Assembly: GCA_025340205.1 (NCBI GenBank)
Contig: CP006868.1
Span: 330,001-362,000 of the forward strand
Length of the DNA: 32,000 nt
From: Ignicoccus pacificus DSM 13166
Lineage (GTDB): Archaea; Thermoproteota; Thermoprotei_A; Sulfolobales; Ignicoccaceae
Direction: 5' to 3'
This document shows, in pieces, positions 15,889 through 24,864 of this stretch (its first letter is position 1; each line of letters opens with the position of its first letter). The position numbers and the translations under genes are program-made. The notes under the pieces are model-generated. The model was not told the origin of the DNA. It saw nothing but the letters and a program-made list of their open reading frames with translations, and searched no databases.

Positions 15889-16692
15889 TCAGACTATCCA
15901 AGTGCCCTCCCTGCTCTCTATTACGGAGAGCGGATCATCCTTGGTACCGTCAGCTATTACCACCTTAGTTCCCTCCATGGCAACCCTTCCAGCCATTATC
16001 ACCTTAATGTTCATTCCAGGTCCTATCTTGCTCTTAGCGAACTCTTCCGCCTCTTGAGCTCTTATCTCCTTCACTACCTCCCTATCTACCAGAACTCCGG
16101 GGACGTCCGTGAGGAGTAACAAGTAGTCGGCCTTCAGAGCCTTAGCTATTTCAGCTGCCATCTGATCTCCGTTGACGTTCAGGAGCTCCCCCTCCTTTCC
16201 GAGGGCTATTGGGGCTACCACTGGAACCATGTCGCTGTTCAAGAGGGCCTCAAAGGGCTCCTTCCTCACCTCAACTATCTTCCCGGTATAGCCTCCGGGA
16301 ATGGCCCTCTTCCTCTCCCTCTCTCCGACCTTCTCTTTAACGATAACCCTCCTCTTCCTCTCCGCTATTACCGAAGGTCCGTCGGCTCCGGTCATTCCGA
16401 AGGCGTTCCTTCCCTGCTTGTAGAACTCGCTCACTATCTTCTTGTTGAGAAGGCCACCCAGAACGGCCACGAAGACCTCCAGCTCCTTCTCATCAGTATA
16501 ACGGAACTTGACTCCGGAGGCGGAGATCTTGAACTGAGGCTCCATACCCATCCTCCTCTCCCACTCGTCCACTAGATCCCCTCCTCCGTGGACGAATATT
16601 ACCTTCCAGTCCTTCCTCTTAACTATGCTCTTCACAATGTTCTCCATGTTGTTCATTAAAGTCCTTCCTCCGGCCTTAACTACCACGAGCAC
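15889..16692 (-). CDS. argB: amino-acid kinase family: acetylglutamate / [LysW]-aminoadipate kinase-like
   Basis: The ORF is 267 aa. Motifs present are VVKAGG, VIFVHGGG, GVKFRYTDEKELEVFVAVLGGLLNKKIV and NVNGDQMAAEIA. It has a GTG start, with the TATA-like GATATATTCC on the minus strand at about 16721-16733. No other arg/lys genes are in the window. Confidence 0.75.
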   Translation of the reverse strand: MLVVVKAGGRTLMNNMENIVKSIVKRKDWKVIFVHGGGDLVDEWERRMGMEPQFKISASGVKFRYTDEKELEVFVAVLGGLLNKKIVSEFYKQGRNAFGMTGADGPSVIAERKRRVIVKEKVGERERKRAIPGGYTGKIVEVRKEPFEALLNSDMVPVVAPIALGKEGELLNVNGDQMAAEIAKALKADYLLLLTDVPGVLVDREVVKEIRAQEAEEFAKSKIGPGMNIKVIMAGRVAMEGTKVVIADGTKDDPLSVIESREGTWIV

Positions 16693-16747
16693 AACTCATC
16701 CCCATCGCCTTCCAGTCAAGGAATATATCTGGCTTTCCGAGGGTAGA

Positions 16748-16808
16748 GGGGCAATGATGGACCGCATCCTTGGCCGAGGGATGAGGCACAAACCCCGGAC
16801 TGAGCCCT
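16748..16808 (+). ncRNA. candidate C/D box sRNA
   Basis: The element lies in the intergenic space between divergent genes. Box C is AUGAUGG (16754-16760) and box D is CUGA (16800-16803). A terminal stem pairs G16748-C16752 with G16804-U16808 (4 Watson-Crick pairs plus 1 G-U). Internal D'-like CCGA (16774-16777) and C'-like GGAUGA (16779-16784) are present. The overall length of about 60 nt is typical for archaeal C/D sRNAs. The spacers are 13 and 15 nt rather than the canonical 12, and D'/C' are nearly abutting. Confidence 0.45.
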
Positions 16809-16913
16809 TCAAGCCCTTTATTGTTCGAATTTTCTGATCATGTGGAAAAACGTTCTCTTTTGCTTACCCTCTGCTTTAATTGAGGTCCTCTCTACCTTTC
16901 ACGGGTCGCAAGG

Positions 16914-17480
16914 ATGGAGGGAACTAAGGAGTACACCCCAGAGACCATAAAGATATTGGAGTTGCTCGCCTACTTCTATCAGACCTACTTCCGTTCCATA
17001 ACCTTCTCCGCCCTTCCAGCAGAGCTGGAGGCGATACTGGGAGACGCCGCTTACGGCGTAATAGTTCGAATAGTTGCGGGGGCGTCTGGAAAGGCAGTCC
17101 CTACTATGGCAAAGAACATGGGCTATCAGTTGGAAGATGAGGACAAGCTAGCTGCTTTGGCCAACCTCAACAAGAAGTGCCACGTCGAACTGTACCAAGA
17201 GACCTCGAAGATAAAGGGTCTGGGAGACATAGGCTTAATCCCCGTTGAGTACAACAAGGAGAAAGGGAGAGTGCTCTTCCAGCTGGACAAGTGTCCTAAG
17301 AACATAATCGCAGCCGCTCCCTTCGTGGGAATAGTCGTTGGAATCTCAAGGGCTTTGGGGCTTAAGGTAACTGCAATAAGAACGCCGGAGCAGAAGCAGA
17401 TGATAAAGGAAGGATTCGTGGTGTATCCGATACTCAAGAAGGAAGAGGGCAAGTGCTACATAGCGGTCGAAAGGGTCTAA
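16914..17480 (+). CDS. hypothetical protein (188 aa)
   Basis: The ATG ORF has core-like composition, with a TTTAATT box about 35-40 nt upstream. No motif is confidently recognised. The stop overlaps the reverse gyrase stop by 4 nt (convergent genes). Confidence 0.6.
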   Translation: MEGTKEYTPETIKILELLAYFYQTYFRSITFSALPAELEAILGDAAYGVIVRIVAGASGKAVPTMAKNMGYQLEDEDKLAALANLNKKCHVELYQETSKIKGLGDIGLIPVEYNKEKGRVLFQLDKCPKNIIAAAPFVGIVVGISRALGLKVTAIRTPEQKQMIKEGFVVYPILKKEEGKCYIAVERV

Positions 17481-20400
17481 TCTAGGGGACTTCCCTCTAC
17501 AGGTATTTTCTTCGTCTCCTCAATTACTCCCCTAACCACTTCCCAATAGCTCCTCTTGCCTTCCGCTATCTCATCCATGGTCTTCTCGAGCTCCCTGGTC
17601 CTCTCCTCGCTGACGAGCTTGGGATACTTGGATGTTAGGTACTGGTAGACTGCTCTTCCCTTCTTAGTAGGTATCAGCTTTCTGACGTTCTTGCTTTCCA
17701 TGATATATCTCCTCTGAAGCAAGGTCTCTACTATCTTAGCGTAGGTGCTCGGCCTTCCCAATCCCCTTTCCTTCATCAGCTTGATCAAGTCAGCTTGAGT
17801 GTAGAGAGGAGTGGCGTGCCTAGTCGTTATTATAACCTTCTTCACCTTGTACGTCCCTTCTGGAATCGGTTGAACTATTCTGACTATTGGATACACCTTG
17901 AGAAAGCCTTCCTCAGTAACTTCAATCGGAACCTCCTTCTCTACCTTGACGTTCTCGAAGTCTCCGAGAGTTACCTCAAACTTCAAGTACTTTACCTTGG
18001 CTTCCCTCATCTGGCTTGCCATGAACCTCTGGAATATCAAGGAGTAGAGGGCAAAGTGCCTCCTGGTCAGCTGCTTTGGAGTTGTAATTAGTCCTTCCTC
18101 GATCATCTTCCTTAAATCGTCTGCCGTCAGAGGCCTAGTGGGCCTTATCGCCTCGTGAGCTCCCCCCTCTCCCCACCTCCTGGGGACGAACTCCTCCTCT
18201 CCGAAGTTGTTCGCTATCCATTCCTTAGCAATAGCTATTCCTACGTCCGAAACTCTGGTGGAGTCTGTTCTGTGGTAGGTGATGAATCCCATCTCGAAGA
18301 GGTCTTGGGCTATCCTCATCGTCTCCTCAGCTCCCATCCTGAGCCTCTCGTTGGCCTCCTCTAGCATCGAGTCGGTCGTGAAGGGAGGTCTGGGCTTTAG
18401 CTCCTCTTCCCTCTCCTCTAAGTACTTGACTACTACTTCAGTTAGCATCAAGTCCTTCCTGCTAGGCCTTCCCCCGAAGAGGTCCTCGGGGAAGCTCTCG
18501 CTCCAGTCCTCTCCGAAGTAGATTATGTAGAACCTCTTCTTCGATCTGAGGTACTCCTCGTACCTCTCTATCACCCACCCGAGGACCGGGGTCTGGACCC
18601 TTCCCGCCGAGAGGTTCCTGGAGATCAAGCAGTTGTTCCCTATGTGTTCCTTACAAAACTTAGGCCAGAAGTCGAGCCATAGCTTGGGGCTTAAGGTGAA
18701 CCCTATTAGCCTGTCTTCTACCCTCCTCATCATTTGAGCTTCCACTAGGTGCATGTCGAATTCTCTAGCTCCTTCTATGGCTTCCAATATAGCCCTCTTG
18801 GTAACCTCGTGGAACTCCACCCTCCTCATCTTCTTTGAGAAGGGTCTAAGCAAGTTCGCGACGTCCCACCCTATCTTCTCTCCTTCCGTATCAGGGTCGG
18901 TTCCTATAAGGACCTCATCCACTTCCTCCGCTATGAGCCTTAGTCCTTCGATCACGTCCCTCGAGTTCTTGAGGAACGGGGAGGAACACCTTATGCACCT
19001 CTCCGAGTCCTCGCTGAACTGAGTTCCGCAGACCATGCACCTCTTTATGGAAGTTAAGACCGTCTTCCCCGTTCCGTAGACTCCATAGTACAGGCACTCC
19101 TCCCCCTCTTGAGCTACGCAAAGGGGATCGCTCTCCCCTACCAGGTCGTAGGTGTGGCCTCCAGAAGCGGCTACGTAGAGCAGCTTGTCTCCAATGCTTA
19201 TTTCGTAAACCCTGGCCCCTCCTACGTTCCTCACCGAAGGCCTTCCGAAGAAATTGGTGATTGTCCTCGCCTTGTTGGGAGACTCAACTATTAGGAGTAC
19301 CGTCTTAAGGAGCTTCTTCACCTCTTCAGCCGTCAGTTCCCCCCTCATCACCTTCAAGACCTTCTTTCTGTCCTCATCTATCTCCTTGAGGAGCTTCTGA
19401 AGATCTAAGCTCTCGAACTCCACCCATTCATCAATGACCCATCTGAGCCTCTTCCTGAGGCCTCTGAACAAGGGCTCCGAGTCCACTATGATTACTGAAA
19501 GACCCTTGGTAACTCCTCCAGCGTAAAGCCTCGAGGTCCTTCCCGAGGCTTGAAGGTAGGTGGCCGAGTCGGGGACCAGGAGATAGGCCTCCCCTTCCTC
19601 TACCCTTACCTCCAGCTCTCCGCTCTCCTCTATCCTCCTCAAGAACTCCTCTGATCTAGCCAACTCCCTCACCTTTAGGAAGGCCTCGTAGAAGTCCTTC
19701 TCCGCCTGGGTTTCCACCTTCCCCTCCTTCAGTCTCTCCTCTAACGTCTTGATCGCTTGAGGGGAGAGCCTCTTCATCCATCCCCTTATCTTGGCATAAA
19801 GCCTCTCCAGCTCCTCGTCCTCCATGAGTTCGACGGCTATGCTGAGAATTCTGTATATGGTCATAGGGGACGGCTCCTCCAGCCTAAGCTTGAACTTTAG
19901 CCTCGGCACACCCTTGAAGACCGCATACCTTATCACGTGAGGTAAGTCTATTCCCCTAACGAGGACTCCATAGTGAGTAGCGACCCCAACTAGAACCTCT
20001 ACCTCTCCTCTCTCGAACTCTTCAATGGATTTCGTGTTCTCTGATGTCACCAAGGCTGCCTTTATTCCCTCCTCGTTGAGCGCCTCTACTACCTTCCTAG
20101 CTCCCTCCACCCCTTCATCTACGGGAACGTAGACCAGTCCGCCCTTTCCTAGGAGCCTCACCAGCTCGACCAACTCCTTCCTCTTGGTATAGGAGTCCAC
20201 GACGTTCCTTACTCCCTCTCCCCCTCCTCCCGGTTCGAAGCCGAGCAACGTCTTGAACAACCTTACCCTGTCAGTCCTTACCCTCCCGGTTGCGGAGCTT
20301 ACTATGAGAATTCCGCTGACCTTCTTCTTCATCTCCTCGACTTTTCTCCTAGCCTCCTCCAGCTCCTCCAGGAACTCCTTCCTCCTCTCGGGGTCGTTGG

Positions 20401-21148
20401 TCCTAGTCAAGTAAGCTATTAATCTTCTTTCTTTATTTGTTATTTCGAAAAGCTCTTGAATATCGTCTTCCTCCAATCCTAAGAGGAGGAGGAGCCTGTC
20501 CACGTTCTTGGGACTCTTAAGGACCGAATCAACGTCGTCTACGAAGATTATCGAGTACTTGAACCTCCTCAGTTGTTCCAACCTATTAATGAGGAAGCGG
20601 GAAGTCGTGATCAGGATATCGAACTCTCCTTCCTCGAACTTCTTTTCCATTTCCTTCTTGACTGAGGGGCTCAGCTTTGAGTGAACGTAAACTAACCTCA
20701 AGTTGAAGAGGTCGGCGAAGGGTTGCACCTTCTTGGCCATCATTTCTACCAAGGGTGTAGTGGGGACCACTATGTACGCCTTCCCCCTTCCCTTGCCCGC
20801 TAAGTAGGACGTTATGGCGGCTCCGAAGGTACTCTTCCCCATTCCCGTAGGCGCTATTATGGAAAAGCTTTCCCCTCTAAGGGCTCTGATTGCCCATGCC
20901 CTCTGGGCGCTCCAGAAGACGCTTCTGGTGACCTCCTTGAAGGCGCTTTCAAGCTTCCTAACCTCCTCCATGAGCTTCTTGTACTTGATGTAAGGGGAGT
21001 TCGGGTACTTGCGCTCGAGCTCCTTTAGGGCTATTTCAAGCATCTCCTCTTTTGGTAAACACATCTTACAAGGGAGTCCCTTGGAGAGCCTCTCGTCGCT
21101 GATCGGTCCTCCGCAGACGGGGCAAGCGCCCCGGTACTCTGCGTACAA
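17477..21148 (-). CDS. rgy: reverse gyrase
   Basis: The ORF is 1223 aa. It has an N-terminal Zn finger (CPVCGG...CKMC). The SF2 helicase module carries APTGMGKST and FVDDVD. The C-terminal topoisomerase IA module carries TOPRIM IGTDPDTEGEKI and the catalytic-Tyr motif ITYHRTDS. It has a TTG start, with TTTAAATAA on the minus strand at 21188-21196. Confidence 0.97.
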   Translation of the reverse strand: MYAEYRGACPVCGGPISDERLSKGLPCKMCLPKEEMLEIALKELERKYPNSPYIKYKKLMEEVRKLESAFKEVTRSVFWSAQRAWAIRALRGESFSIIAPTGMGKSTFGAAITSYLAGKGRGKAYIVVPTTPLVEMMAKKVQPFADLFNLRLVYVHSKLSPSVKKEMEKKFEEGEFDILITTSRFLINRLEQLRRFKYSIIFVDDVDSVLKSPKNVDRLLLLLGLEEDDIQELFEITNKERRLIAYLTRTNDPERRKEFLEELEEARRKVEEMKKKVSGILIVSSATGRVRTDRVRLFKTLLGFEPGGGGEGVRNVVDSYTKRKELVELVRLLGKGGLVYVPVDEGVEGARKVVEALNEEGIKAALVTSENTKSIEEFERGEVEVLVGVATHYGVLVRGIDLPHVIRYAVFKGVPRLKFKLRLEEPSPMTIYRILSIAVELMEDEELERLYAKIRGWMKRLSPQAIKTLEERLKEGKVETQAEKDFYEAFLKVRELARSEEFLRRIEESGELEVRVEEGEAYLLVPDSATYLQASGRTSRLYAGGVTKGLSVIIVDSEPLFRGLRKRLRWVIDEWVEFESLDLQKLLKEIDEDRKKVLKVMRGELTAEEVKKLLKTVLLIVESPNKARTITNFFGRPSVRNVGGARVYEISIGDKLLYVAASGGHTYDLVGESDPLCVAQEGEECLYYGVYGTGKTVLTSIKRCMVCGTQFSEDSERCIRCSSPFLKNSRDVIEGLRLIAEEVDEVLIGTDPDTEGEKIGWDVANLLRPFSKKMRRVEFHEVTKRAILEAIEGAREFDMHLVEAQMMRRVEDRLIGFTLSPKLWLDFWPKFCKEHIGNNCLISRNLSAGRVQTPVLGWVIERYEEYLRSKKRFYIIYFGEDWSESFPEDLFGGRPSRKDLMLTEVVVKYLEEREEELKPRPPFTTDSMLEEANERLRMGAEETMRIAQDLFEMGFITYHRTDSTRVSDVGIAIAKEWIANNFGEEEFVPRRWGEGGAHEAIRPTRPLTADDLRKMIEEGLITTPKQLTRRHFALYSLIFQRFMASQMREAKVKYLKFEVTLGDFENVKVEKEVPIEVTEEGFLKVYPIVRIVQPIPEGTYKVKKVIITTRHATPLYTQADLIKLMKERGLGRPSTYAKIVETLLQRRYIMESKNVRKLIPTKKGRAVYQYLTSKYPKLVSEERTRELEKTMDEIAEGKRSYWEVVRGVIEETKKIPVEGSPLD

Positions 21149-21252
21149 TTACTATTCTCCCTATGTGTTCACTAGCCCTCCTTCCGGTTATTTAAAGGAG
21201 TTGGTCGTAGTAGCTCAAAGGATTGCTCTTTCCGGTTTTACCGTTTCATCTC

Positions 21253-21262
21253 TATATATTAA
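21253..21262 (+). promoter_or_regulatory. TATA-like box for the six-gene cluster
   Basis: TATATATTAA lies about 45 nt upstream of TTG 21303. A GGGAGAGG Shine-Dalgarno-like run sits 5 nt before the start. It lies in the divergent intergenic region shared with rgy. Confidence 0.45.
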
Positions 21263-21302
21263 TCTTCGTATCAATAGAAACCAATGAGAAAGGGAGAGGA
21301 CG

Positions 21303-22250
21303 TTGACAGCGTACGCTGTGGCGATGGTACAGAGAAGCGAAGCAAGTAGGAAGAAGAGGACAAGGTACTGTGAGTTTTCAGAGGATGAATGGAAAAAAGC
21401 TAGCGAAGAGGCACTCAGGTTACTAAGAAATGACATAGTAAGCAGCAACGCCGTACTTGAACCCTATCGGTGGACGGATAGGTACGATCAGATAATCAAA
21501 ACCCTCAACGACGGAATAGTTAGAATAAGAAACGACATAGGAACGATCGCTCGAATACGCCTTAATACACAAGCTGAAGCGAAACCAATAGTTGAGATAA
21601 ACCCTGTTGAACTTGATTTCGTCTTGAATAGCGTTCTAGGCAGCATGGTAGAAAAGTACAGAGGAAAGTTCGTGCCGAATTACTATGACTGCGCTTTAGC
21701 AGCTGTTGCCATAGCTATCTTCGTTCTAGCCCACGAGCTTTACCACATGGTATTCAAAGCAGAGGATTGGGTTTCAAAGTTCAAGAAAACGGTCATAGAA
21801 AGGTTAAGACAGGAGCTAGGTGAGGAAGCCAATATAAACGATCAATGTATTGAAAGGTTCTCTAAGGTGATGATAAACTACCTACAAGATCCTTATGCGA
21901 ACTCAGCCGCGTTCCTCAAACTGTTTGAGATAATCAACAAAGAAATAGGCCTTCACGGACCCTATGGAGTACTCGTAGGTACAATTCATGAAGTAATGGC
22001 AGATAATGGCTACTTAACAATGGATAAACTTGACGACTTCTTAGATGTAGCGTTAAAGGGAATTCTAAGTGACTATGAACGAAAGGAGCTCAAAGCAATC
22101 ATGTCAAATCCCTTTGTCAGCAACATGGAACAAATAGTTAGCATAACGGCGAATGCAGTGGCGAGGAACAAGAGATTTCAGAGATGTGTTGACAAGAAGA
22201 ACCTTAACGATTGTTGGAGTTGCATTGAGGCATTGCTTCAGCTAGGATGA
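21303..22250 (+). CDS. cluster gene A: HExxH (zincin-like) putative metallopeptidase
   Basis: The ORF is 315 aa, with TTG 21303 as start and ATG 21324 as an alternative. HELYH lies at 21732-21746 (residues 144-148). It is preceded by the hydrophobic helix AAVAIAIFVLA, as in zincins. No canonical third-ligand motif, TM segment or signal peptide is seen. Confidence 0.55.
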   Translation: MTAYAVAMVQRSEASRKKRTRYCEFSEDEWKKASEEALRLLRNDIVSSNAVLEPYRWTDRYDQIIKTLNDGIVRIRNDIGTIARIRLNTQAEAKPIVEINPVELDFVLNSVLGSMVEKYRGKFVPNYYDCALAAVAIAIFVLAHELYHMVFKAEDWVSKFKKTVIERLRQELGEEANINDQCIERFSKVMINYLQDPYANSAAFLKLFEIINKEIGLHGPYGVLVGTIHEVMADNGYLTMDKLDDFLDVALKGILSDYERKELKAIMSNPFVSNMEQIVSITANAVARNKRFQRCVDKKNLNDCWSCIEALLQLG

Positions 22251-22271
22251 AGGCGACGAAGGGGTGCTCCT

Positions 22272-23219
22272 ATGAGAGGCATTCCCCTTTTCGGGGGGAG
22301 GAAAAAGAGAGACAAAGACGACGAAGGAAGCCCTTCTAAAGAGCTTCCCGTGAAGGATTTCAACCTGAGAAGTCTAGCAGCGCAAGGGAATTTAAGTAAG
22401 GTAGATTCCCCTCCCTTAAGCGTTGAGACTTTCGAATTGCTCACCCAAAGGATAAACCTCGAAACCTATAAGGAAAAGGCCTTCAAGCTTCTAAGCGACT
22501 TGAAAGAGTTAAATTATAAAGAGGTAGCTTCCTTCGTAGACTTGAACACAGAAGAGATCGTAAGGGATATCGTATTCAATAGCATACCTCGGAGACAGAT
22601 AGCTATTAGTTTAGAAGAAGGATATGACACCTATGCGTTTCCTTGGAGATATATTCATGCACCGAGGATCTCTCTATATGTATTTATCGAAGACAGACTC
22701 CTCGGTGGTACGAACGTCTCAAAAATCAAGGAAATCATCGATATAATTAGAAGTGCATATGAGAATTTCTCTATAAACGTCCTTTCGTTAAATTACGAAA
22801 AAGTAGAGCTCCTTTTTAAGGAGATCGATATCAATGATTTTCATCAAATTAGAAGGGAGGTTAAATTCGAAGATCTTATAGAGATAGTGTTGAATGATAT
22901 GAATGACCCTCTTACCGGAGGCATAATACTCTTAAGTATCCTTACAGAAAAGTATTATAATAAATATTTGGATTGGTTCATCAAATCGGACACTAAGAGA
23001 AATGAACTGGTGGAAACTCTATTATGGAGGTTTGAAAGAGAAAAAGTCGTCAGGAAAGTCTTCCTCATAGTTGAGGGTACTATTCAGCTTGGAGGGCAAT
23101 GCGTATCTCAAGCTTCTGACAGTAAGCCTTTGATGCCTCTCGAGGGGACCTTAGGTTGGCTGTTGGAATCTGGACCTCCCGAGAGATTCTATCTAGAGTG
23201 TACACAAAAATACCCTTAA
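22272..23219 (+). CDS. cluster gene B: hypothetical protein with basic, probably disordered N-terminus (PLFGGRKK motif)
   Basis: The 315-aa ORF starts 21 nt after gene A, with AAGGGGTG upstream. The N-terminus is MRGIPLFGGRKKRDKDDEGSPSKE. No catalytic motif is recognised. Confidence 0.6.
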   Translation: MRGIPLFGGRKKRDKDDEGSPSKELPVKDFNLRSLAAQGNLSKVDSPPLSVETFELLTQRINLETYKEKAFKLLSDLKELNYKEVASFVDLNTEEIVRDIVFNSIPRRQIAISLEEGYDTYAFPWRYIHAPRISLYVFIEDRLLGGTNVSKIKEIIDIIRSAYENFSINVLSLNYEKVELLFKEIDINDFHQIRREVKFEDLIEIVLNDMNDPLTGGIILLSILTEKYYNKYLDWFIKSDTKRNELVETLLWRFEREKVVRKVFLIVEGTIQLGGQCVSQASDSKPLMPLEGTLGWLLESGPPERFYLECTQKYP

Positions 23220-23240
23220 CTCCATGTAAACTAACGATAA

Positions 23241-23885
23241 GTGATGAACGACTTGGTGAACTTGTCAGACATTGTGATAGAAGCACTAGGGGGAGTAATT
23301 GTAGTAAAGGATGCAGAGATCTCTTGTTCTACCTTTGAAGCATATGCTGATAGTGAAAGAATCTTTGAAGTTGACAGAAAGGTAACCGAGTTCGCTAAAG
23401 TTACTAAAAATGAGAATGATAAGATAATGACCTTTGGAACGCTCACTGGAATAAACCAAGAGCACTTTAAAGAGATAGTGGAACGCCAGCCCCCTAATTT
23501 CGTGCTCTACGACATCGTGGCAGTGGATGACGAAGGGAACCCTCTGAACTCAAGGGTACAGATCCTTCTGCAAAGTTCGGTTCCTACAGCGTTCAGACAA
23601 GTAACTATAAAGGCAAAGGTAAGAAATAGATACATAAAAGAAGTAGATTATGGCGATGAGAAAAAGAGAATCGTAAAGAACTTGTACTTAGCTACGTGTA
23701 TGTTAATCAAGGGAAGCTACGATAAAGAGACATACGAGTCCTTCCTAAATCTTATCCTTAACAAGTTGAGTGCTTCTACGTATAGAAGCAAGGAAAGGAT
23801 ACTCTTCGTCACTAACTTCCTTGAAAAAGAAATATATCATATGGTCTGGTACTCGTACTTGAGGACAGAGGTAGTAGAATCATGA
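23241..23885 (+). CDS. cluster gene C: hypothetical protein
   Basis: The ORF is 214 aa, starting at GTG 23241 or ATG 23244, 21 nt after gene B. Its stop overlaps the gene D start (ATGA). No motif is recognised. Confidence 0.6.
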   Translation: MMNDLVNLSDIVIEALGGVIVVKDAEISCSTFEAYADSERIFEVDRKVTEFAKVTKNENDKIMTFGTLTGINQEHFKEIVERQPPNFVLYDIVAVDDEGNPLNSRVQILLQSSVPTAFRQVTIKAKVRNRYIKEVDYGDEKKRIVKNLYLATCMLIKGSYDKETYESFLNLILNKLSASTYRSKERILFVTNFLEKEIYHMVWYSYLRTEVVES

Positions 23886-24820
23886 TAATCAACACAGAGG
23901 AGGAACCGCTATCAGCTGCTGTAAAGGATGGCCATCTTCTCTACATCGATAGTAAAGGCTTGTTGAAGATCGTGGAACTCAAAGTGGGCGCTACTAGGGA
24001 TGCGTTCAAAGTGGTGCCGGAGGAAACAGAGATAGACCTCGGAAAGGAAATCATTGCTCTTGGTGCGGATAAAGACGGAGTAGTAATGCTTACTAAAGAC
24101 TCATCAATGTGGTATGGTAGTATAGAAGACTTGAAGAAAGGGAATGTTGCCTTTAAGTCGGTGAAGGGAAACGAGAACATAGAGTTTCCCTTCTCGCCTT
24201 ACACTGAACCTATGGCTAGCGTCATCATTCCGTTTGAATACGGGGGAAAGAAGTTGTTCTTTCTGAAAGGTGTGTGGAGGAAGTACTTTGAGATAATAGA
24301 CGAAAGCGGTAAGAGACTCTGGAAGGCTTGCTGCGGCAACGTACTAGGCCCCTCCTACTGGCCGAAGCCTGGACTCATCTATACATACTTGGATACGGCT
24401 TTTATAGCAAGGATGAAAGAGATAGTCGAGGAGAGGTTCTGTAACGATAATACACCCATATCATGTAGCGAGAGGCTAAACGTTAAGGACTTCGACTTCC
24501 TTTGGGCCTCACCGAGCGTAGTAGCCAAGATGAGCGCTTCTGGGAGCGAAGTAGAAGTAACCTTGTTGAACAAAGAGGAAAAGATATCCTTTGATTTAAG
24601 CCCCCTCGGAGATGCAAGGGGCATGACCTACCACGGCTTCGCTTGTTCCGAGAACGTAACCCTTCTGCTCACCGATACCGGCATGATCCTAATCAGTCGT
24701 TCTAGTCCACAAACCTTCAGCTTCGATAGAGCTGAAGGGATGAAAGTAGCGGTACCTTCGGACAACTCATTCATAGTGTTCTTGAGGAAAAGATCGCTTT
24801 TGGGAATATACTCTTCATGA
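23882..24820 (+). CDS. cluster gene D: soluble beta-propeller-like repeat protein
   Basis: The ORF is 312 aa. It has repeated strand-turn patterns (GHLLYIDSKGLLKIVEL, DGVVMLTKDSSMWYG, FEIIDESGKRLWKACCG, VTLLLTDTGMILISR, SDNSFIVFLRK) typical of PQQ/WD-like blades. It shares the hexapeptide DNSFIV (24761-24778) with gene F. Confidence 0.5.
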   Translation: MIINTEEEPLSAAVKDGHLLYIDSKGLLKIVELKVGATRDAFKVVPEETEIDLGKEIIALGADKDGVVMLTKDSSMWYGSIEDLKKGNVAFKSVKGNENIEFPFSPYTEPMASVIIPFEYGGKKLFFLKGVWRKYFEIIDESGKRLWKACCGNVLGPSYWPKPGLIYTYLDTAFIARMKEIVEERFCNDNTPISCSERLNVKDFDFLWASPSVVAKMSASGSEVEVTLLNKEEKISFDLSPLGDARGMTYHGFACSENVTLLLTDTGMILISRSSPQTFSFDRAEGMKVAVPSDNSFIVFLRKRSLLGIYSS

Positions 24821-24864
24821 AAGTTCTATATCCGAGCAGAGTACGTTATTTCAGGTAAGAGGCT

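Noticed and set aside
16914-17480. The 188-aa protein was considered as a second V4R-like protein, because of its C-terminal GKCYIAVERV.
   Set aside because: It lacks the paired Cys/Gly pattern seen in the V4R protein at 1941-2423. The similarity is limited to one Cys-hydrophobic tail.
22272-23219. Cluster gene B was considered as an ESCRT-III/PspA-like protein, because its N-terminus resembles the CHMP2A/CHMP3 N-termini.
   Set aside because: Only the first roughly 12 residues resemble ESCRT-III. The remainder contains beta-like segments (YAFPWRYIHAPRISLYVFIEDRLLGG) and lacks the long helical-hairpin heptad character. I keep only the short-motif observation.
23241-23885. A Roadblock/LC7 (MglB-like) domain was considered at the N-terminus of cluster gene C (LSDIVIEALGGVIVVKDAEISCSTF).
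   Set aside because: A single short pattern match is not enough. No partner small GTPase (G1/G3/G4 motifs) occurs in the cluster. This needs an HHpred or structure check before any claim.
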